Shown piece by piece: positions 58,509 to 64,000 of a stretch of 64,000 nucleotides of DNA (positions are counted from its first letter, which is position 1; each line of letters begins with the position of its first letter). The notes beneath the pieces were generated by a model. It was not told the DNA's origin. It was given only the letters and a program-made list of their open reading frames with translations, and did no database searches. Made by a program: the position numbers and the translations under genes. Location: NCBI RefSeq assembly GCF_009914755.1, contig NC_060928.1; one strand, 5' to 3'. This DNA comes from the human T2T-CHM13v2.0 reference genome, Homo sapiens.

Positions 58509-61500
58509 TTTAGAAACATAAGCCAGCCCCAAATCCAACTTTGTATTTCATATTTCCAGCATTTTTTAAAGGCTAATGAATACACCATTATGTTTTTTAA
58601 TATAATTAGCATGAGTATAAAACATGAAAAATTTTATGAGTATCAACTGTCACTTCAATGGCATAGAACTTCAAACTTTCAAACTCTCCCAGTTCACTCT
58701 TTCAAGCTTTAAAGTTTGTCCTCCGTGGGTGGGAACTGAAGCTCAAACTGTGAAACTGCACTCAAAGAACATTCCACAGGCTGAGAGTGCCAAATATTAG
58801 CTCAAGGGATAATTTTCTTGTCTGGAACTGAGCCCCCAACACCACAGTTAAGAGGGGAGGGATCTTTGTGGAGCAGGAACCCTCAGTAGAAAATGTTTCC
58901 AGTTATTACCCTTCACATCGTATAAGTATGACAAGGCCATTTAGCATTTGGAGATGATTAAGTTTTCACACAGTTTTCTTCCATGTTACCTTCTGTTTTC
59001 CTTCATTTTAAACAAAACAGCTGCTCCTCCATTTGCCTCTTAAGGCATTTGGATCATCAAACAGGCATTTGATCTCACATGCTGGTACTCATGGGTTTTG
59101 TGGTAATTAAAGATGATAAGGTGAAAGTGGGATAAAGAAGGTCCAAACTGTTCATCGAAGAGTAAGACTGTGTATTCCTCAAAACAAGCAAATGCTACAG
59201 TAACTTTAAAGTACCCCCCTGACACTTTGAAGTTTGTCTCTTGTACTGGCAGGTCTAAAATGAGACCCAGCCAAGATAGGCATTAGCATGTCAAAGAATA
59301 AGCTTCATTTACACTGTGAGGACTGTATTTGAAGTCAATGGTGTGGTACTCTGGAGGCAGCTGAAATGCGTGCTGTTATTCCAGATGTGCATTGTCTCTA
59401 CTGAAATACAATTTTGCAGTCATTAAACCTGTTAAGTCCATCAAGAGATAAGTATAGCCTAAAGCCTGTCAGATGTGCTTCAAAATCTTAACAAAAGATT
59501 TGCCTATTGATCAGCTAATTGATTTTTATTACCTAGGAATTGGACTGCTATTTAGATGTTTGTTATAATCAAAGGAATTGATTAGCCTTGGCCAATGTTA
59601 ATATTGAATATTATAGAGAAATATTTTAGTGTCAAATATCCGTAGCATTATGTCTTAGTGTAGTAGTGGCAAGTATGAGCTCTTTCTTTTCTTCCTAGAA
59701 ATGTAGTCTAGGTGGTTTCTTTTCACATCTAGAATGTATGTGTAGGTGGTTTTTAATCAAGAAAAGCTGTTAGGATGGCCAGAAAAAGCAAACACATGCT
59801 GGCATAAATATCATGGCATTTGCTAGATATTTTTATTTAAGATAACATTTGCCAGTTTGGCTTAAACCTGATTTGTAGCTGAATTGAGTAAAAGTCTTGA
59901 GAACTTAACAAGTGAACTACTAAAACAAAAATGAAAAAATGGGAAATTATCCTTTAACCCAGAAACCACATTTTTTTTAAATTGTAAAAGGAAAAGGTGA
60001 TCTTAGGAATTCAGAAAATTCCCAATTATTAAAAATAAATAAACTATCCCTCTGTTAACCACACCGTAAAATCCTGGTAGATCCAGAATCTAAGCTAATA
60101 TAATCATCTAGGGTGCCTGTAGTCCTCAGTCAATCAACCCTCCTAAGTAAATAAAAGGAATCGTGAATACTGTCTTGATGTATTCCTGACAATTGTACCA
60201 CTTGCTCCTCTATGGCTGTAGTTAAGAAAACAAATAGTCAGTTGCCACTTGGAACTGAATGCTATGACATGTTTTGAGGAGACAACACTTTATATTAGAA
60301 AATAAAAAGGCAATTAACTACAATTTTCTTAGAATCTTGATATTTTATTAAGTATTCTTTTGTTTTGTTTGTTTGGTTGTTTTTCTTAAAAGAAATATTC
60401 TTGGACCTAACAGTAAAGAAATAACTGTCAAACTCATTGAATATCAAAGGGCATAGGAAAAATGTAGTTTTTCTTTTCACACTACTTCCTTTTGAAGTTA
60501 ATGTATTATACTTTTCCTGATGTCATGCAATCTACCTCAAATTTTATTAATGCTATACTAGCTTATCTATCAAATATTATCATGTTTTTAAGCTTTTAAC
60601 TTCCTCTGTAAGACTAAATTATTATGTATTTTCAGTTCGTTTTATTCTAGATATTTCAATCTGAGTTCAGAAAACAGCAATTCTGATGAAGAGAAAAATT
60701 AGAGGGATGCAGAAGAAAATGTACATGACTTGATTAAGATTTACTTTCTAAGTAATGCAAGTAACAGGAGAGAATGCACGGTTAAGGAATGTCAATAATA
60801 GTAACCAAATATAGCTAAATTGCCCAAAAAGGAGAAATAATGGAAAGAGTACAGCATTCTATACACGACAAAGGTAAAAGAAAAAGAAAACCTGGGGAAT
60901 GAAAATACTTGGAAGCTCTTTGAATATCAAAAGTAGATAGACATGACTTTCCATACTCTAGTATTAGGATAACTCTACTCCAAGGCTCCCAAGTGTCTAT
61001 GTTTTATTGCGATTCTTTTCAGAGAGTATTTGGTCTAACTTTGTTTATATATGGAACTCTGGATAAATCAAATGTGTCAAGAAGCACAGGGTTAAAAACC
61101 ACAGCCATGGCTATGTCAACCCACTTTTGTATAATAAGGACATCCTCAGAAAAGAGAAAATTAGTATAAGACTTAGGGCCATAACAAGAAATTGTTTTCT
61201 ATATTTGTTCATATTTTCAATGTAATATAAAATAATGTATAGACTATTTGTACTGTTGAATTCCATCTTGCCTCTTCCAGCATAAAAGCCTTAGGTAACT
61301 GGGACTACAATATAATATGAAGATTAATTTTATGTAGTTACAGAACAAAAATAATTGTGTTAGTAAATGTATACAGAAATTTTTCTTTTGGCATTTCCTT
61401 TGGGTGAAAAAAAAATTCATTTCTGTTCAAATTCATTGTATTCACAAATAACGTGTTTTTATGGCAAAGAAAAAATGAGAATACATTCAGCACAATCAAC

Positions 61501-61729
61501 ATTTATTTCACTTTACAATCTAATTGTATTTTGACAAAATCAGCTATTACTCATACACATTGTTCTATCAAAATTTTTGGAAAAGTTTTAATCATGTGTT
61601 TTGTCTGATTGTAAAAAAAATACTATGTCCACACAGTTAACATTTGGTAAGTACAATGAAGCGCAAAAATCTCATTTAGAGAGCAATGTTACTATTTTGT
61701 CTCTCTTTTGTTGTAGTTTTTATTTCTCT

Positions 61730-61759
61730 CTGTGTGTGTGTGTGTGTATATAATATATA
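61730..61759. repeat. (TG)n/(TA)n microsatellite
   Basis: Directly visible. Confidence 0.85.
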
Positions 61760-63908
61760 GGACTTATAACAAAATTATTATAGTACAGTTTGTTCATGTT
61801 TAATCTTTATTTTTGCCATTTTTCTATAATTATAAGGACAATTTTCTCATGTTGGTAAAGAGTCACCAAATAAGTTATTTTTATGACTACTGAATATTAC
61901 ATCATGCCAACTTACAGATATTGTTGATAGTTCCTCCATCATCAAACTTTTTTTCTGTACATTTTCAGTATAACACATAAAGCTACACTATCTGTGGATT
62001 GTTGATCATATTTCTGTTCATATCTCCCTAATATGGATAAAAAAGAGTAATGAAATAAATTTTGCTAATGACAAATATGTCTATTTAACCCAGTTCCTAT
62101 CGCATCTCTTCAGTCTTCAAGAAGCCATCAATTTATTTAATACAATTTGAAAACCATTTCCATCAACTTTATGCATCTTAATAGTCTTAAAATAATTTTC
62201 TCAAGAGTTTACTCTTCCACGGCAACGCAGACTTTACGTGTCAATTAAGTCATCTAAACAACATAATAAGTACAATGTCCATGCATCTCTGAAGTTTTTT
62301 AAACTCAAACTACAGCTGTAAACAACACTGAGAATAACACAATCAGGAATTGAGGAGACTCCCTGCTGCTTATCTTTTTCCTTAAAAGCGTAATTCCACA
62401 AGGCATAGTGTTAGTGGTTGTCAGAAAAAGCCAGTTTATGACTTCATGTAAGATTTTGTAGTATATATGACGGTACAATGCTAAGTAGTATATTTTCATA
62501 CATCAGTACAACAAAAGACTTGAAAATCAGCTTATCTAATATTACCATAAAATACAACAAAAATGCATTGAACCTAGTTAGAACAGAGGTATTCATGATA
62601 TATAATACTTTTTACAGATTTTTTAGTTCTTATGAATTTTTCTTTCTGTTTCGCTTATTTTTTAATGTTTCCTCTATCTTCTCTTATTTTAACAGTGGAA
62701 GATTAGTTTAGTTTAACTGTTTGCATACTTGAATGTGGTGATAAGTAATTTCAAACATAAAAAATGCCTATGTAACAGGGCAAATGCCTTATGAAAGTCA
62801 TTCTGTTTTTCTCCGCTTGACAAATAACACTACCAAATTCTATTTTATTATAGAAAAAAATTGCTTAAGTAACTTAAATATATTACTCTGCCTCCCAGAA
62901 TTGGTTGAAAATAAACTTTAGTTCAAGGTCCAATGTGCCAGCTATCAGAATATGATAATAACTATTTAAAATAAAACTTTTAGTTTTTAATACATTATTT
63001 TAATTGAGCACTATCTGTAATTGATCTTACATGGTTTTTACATTTATCTCACTGGCTTTAAAATTCTGTTTCTTGGTTGTGTCCTAGGTGGAACTTCAAG
63101 AAGTTCAAATATTAATGTCTATATATTAAAGATCTTCCTATATAAAAATAATTGCTCATTCTAACCAATTCTCTTCTCTAAACTAAATATCCACTGATAA
63201 GTTCTTAGCATTATTTTCTAATTCCTTAGCAACTTGAATCATACCTAACCGTGAAGCTGTAATTGGACCTGATAACCACCTGGAATGGTTGTTTTTATGG
63301 GAACTGCTGCTGGGTTTTCTTCTTCAAGCCACAGAAGAGAAATCTAAATTGAATGACATAAAAAACCTCTGATGCTGTGTAGTAGCATTCAAGCAGAGAA
63401 CTATCTTGCTGTGTTCACCTTTCTTTCTCATTTTAAAAGAAAATTAGTGAACTATATCTACCAGAACCCCATGAAACAAGTAAGCATGCTCCTGGCCTAT
63501 GGGGTTTTAGCAGCTTTTAAGATAGCTCTTCCAAGTAGAATTAATAGACAGAAAGGAGAATATATAGCTAAGTTGGAGTTTATTTCAAAGTATTTTTATA
63601 TTAAGGACATTGATTAAGAACTATGAAATTCAATAGTATCCTAAGAAAAAGGTAGTTTTACACATACAATCCCTTGAATAACCTAATAAAAATAAACATG
63701 ATGATTTCCTCATTACTTTTAATATTTGAATAATTTATTTTGCCTTTCATATGGGTGGAACAAAATGAAGGCTTAGGTCCTAGAAAATAACTGGTTTTTA
63801 TTAGAGAACTTAAAATGATAATGTGTATTAACTGAAAAATATAAATTCTAGTAAACACTAAACTTTATCTTCAGAAACTTTGTTACTAACATATTAAGAA
63901 ATTCAGAT

Positions 63909-64000
63909 GGCCAGTGTGGTGGCTCATGCCTGTAATCCCGGCACTTTGGGAGGCTGAGGCAGGTGGATCATTTAAGGTTAGGAGTTTGAGAGCAGCCTGG
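63909..64000 (+). mobile_element. Alu 5' part (cut by the window edge)
   Basis: ggccagtgtggtggctcatgcctgtaatcc. Confidence 0.9.

Noticed and set aside
60651-60873. Plus-strand exon-like segment (tttattctag ... aag|gtaaaa)
   Set aside because: Early stops in the frames checked, and such signals are common by chance.

Overview
AT-rich primate genomic DNA, most likely human or another great ape (AluY, L1PA2 and LTR12C are present), with no recognisable cellular protein-coding exon or RNA gene. The long ORFs are all transposon-derived. Main contents: a solo LTR12C (ERV9); many Alus; a 5'-truncated L1PA4-like LINE with a younger L1PA2-like insertion nested in ORF2; two 5'-inverted (twin-primed) L1s; a near-complete defective HERV-L provirus (MLT2A-type LTRs, gag-pro-pol-dUTPase) fused to a truncated MER52 LTR; a MER11 (HERV-K HML-8) solo LTR inside a MaLR LTR; THE1/MST LTRs; DNA-transposon, MIR and L2 relics. 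I found no evidence for a new biological system. The most interesting signals are mechanistic scars: a ~290-bp inverted local duplication joined to a tail-less L1 fragment (20843-21300), a polyadenylated TSD-flanked retrocopy of an ERV9 LTR RNA end (49361-49493), a nested L1 with a short 3' transduction and a host-like 5' tip (27229-28179), and a nested near-perfect palindrome (52938-53049). Subfamily names come from my recall of consensus sequences, not from a database search, and identity values are by-eye estimates.
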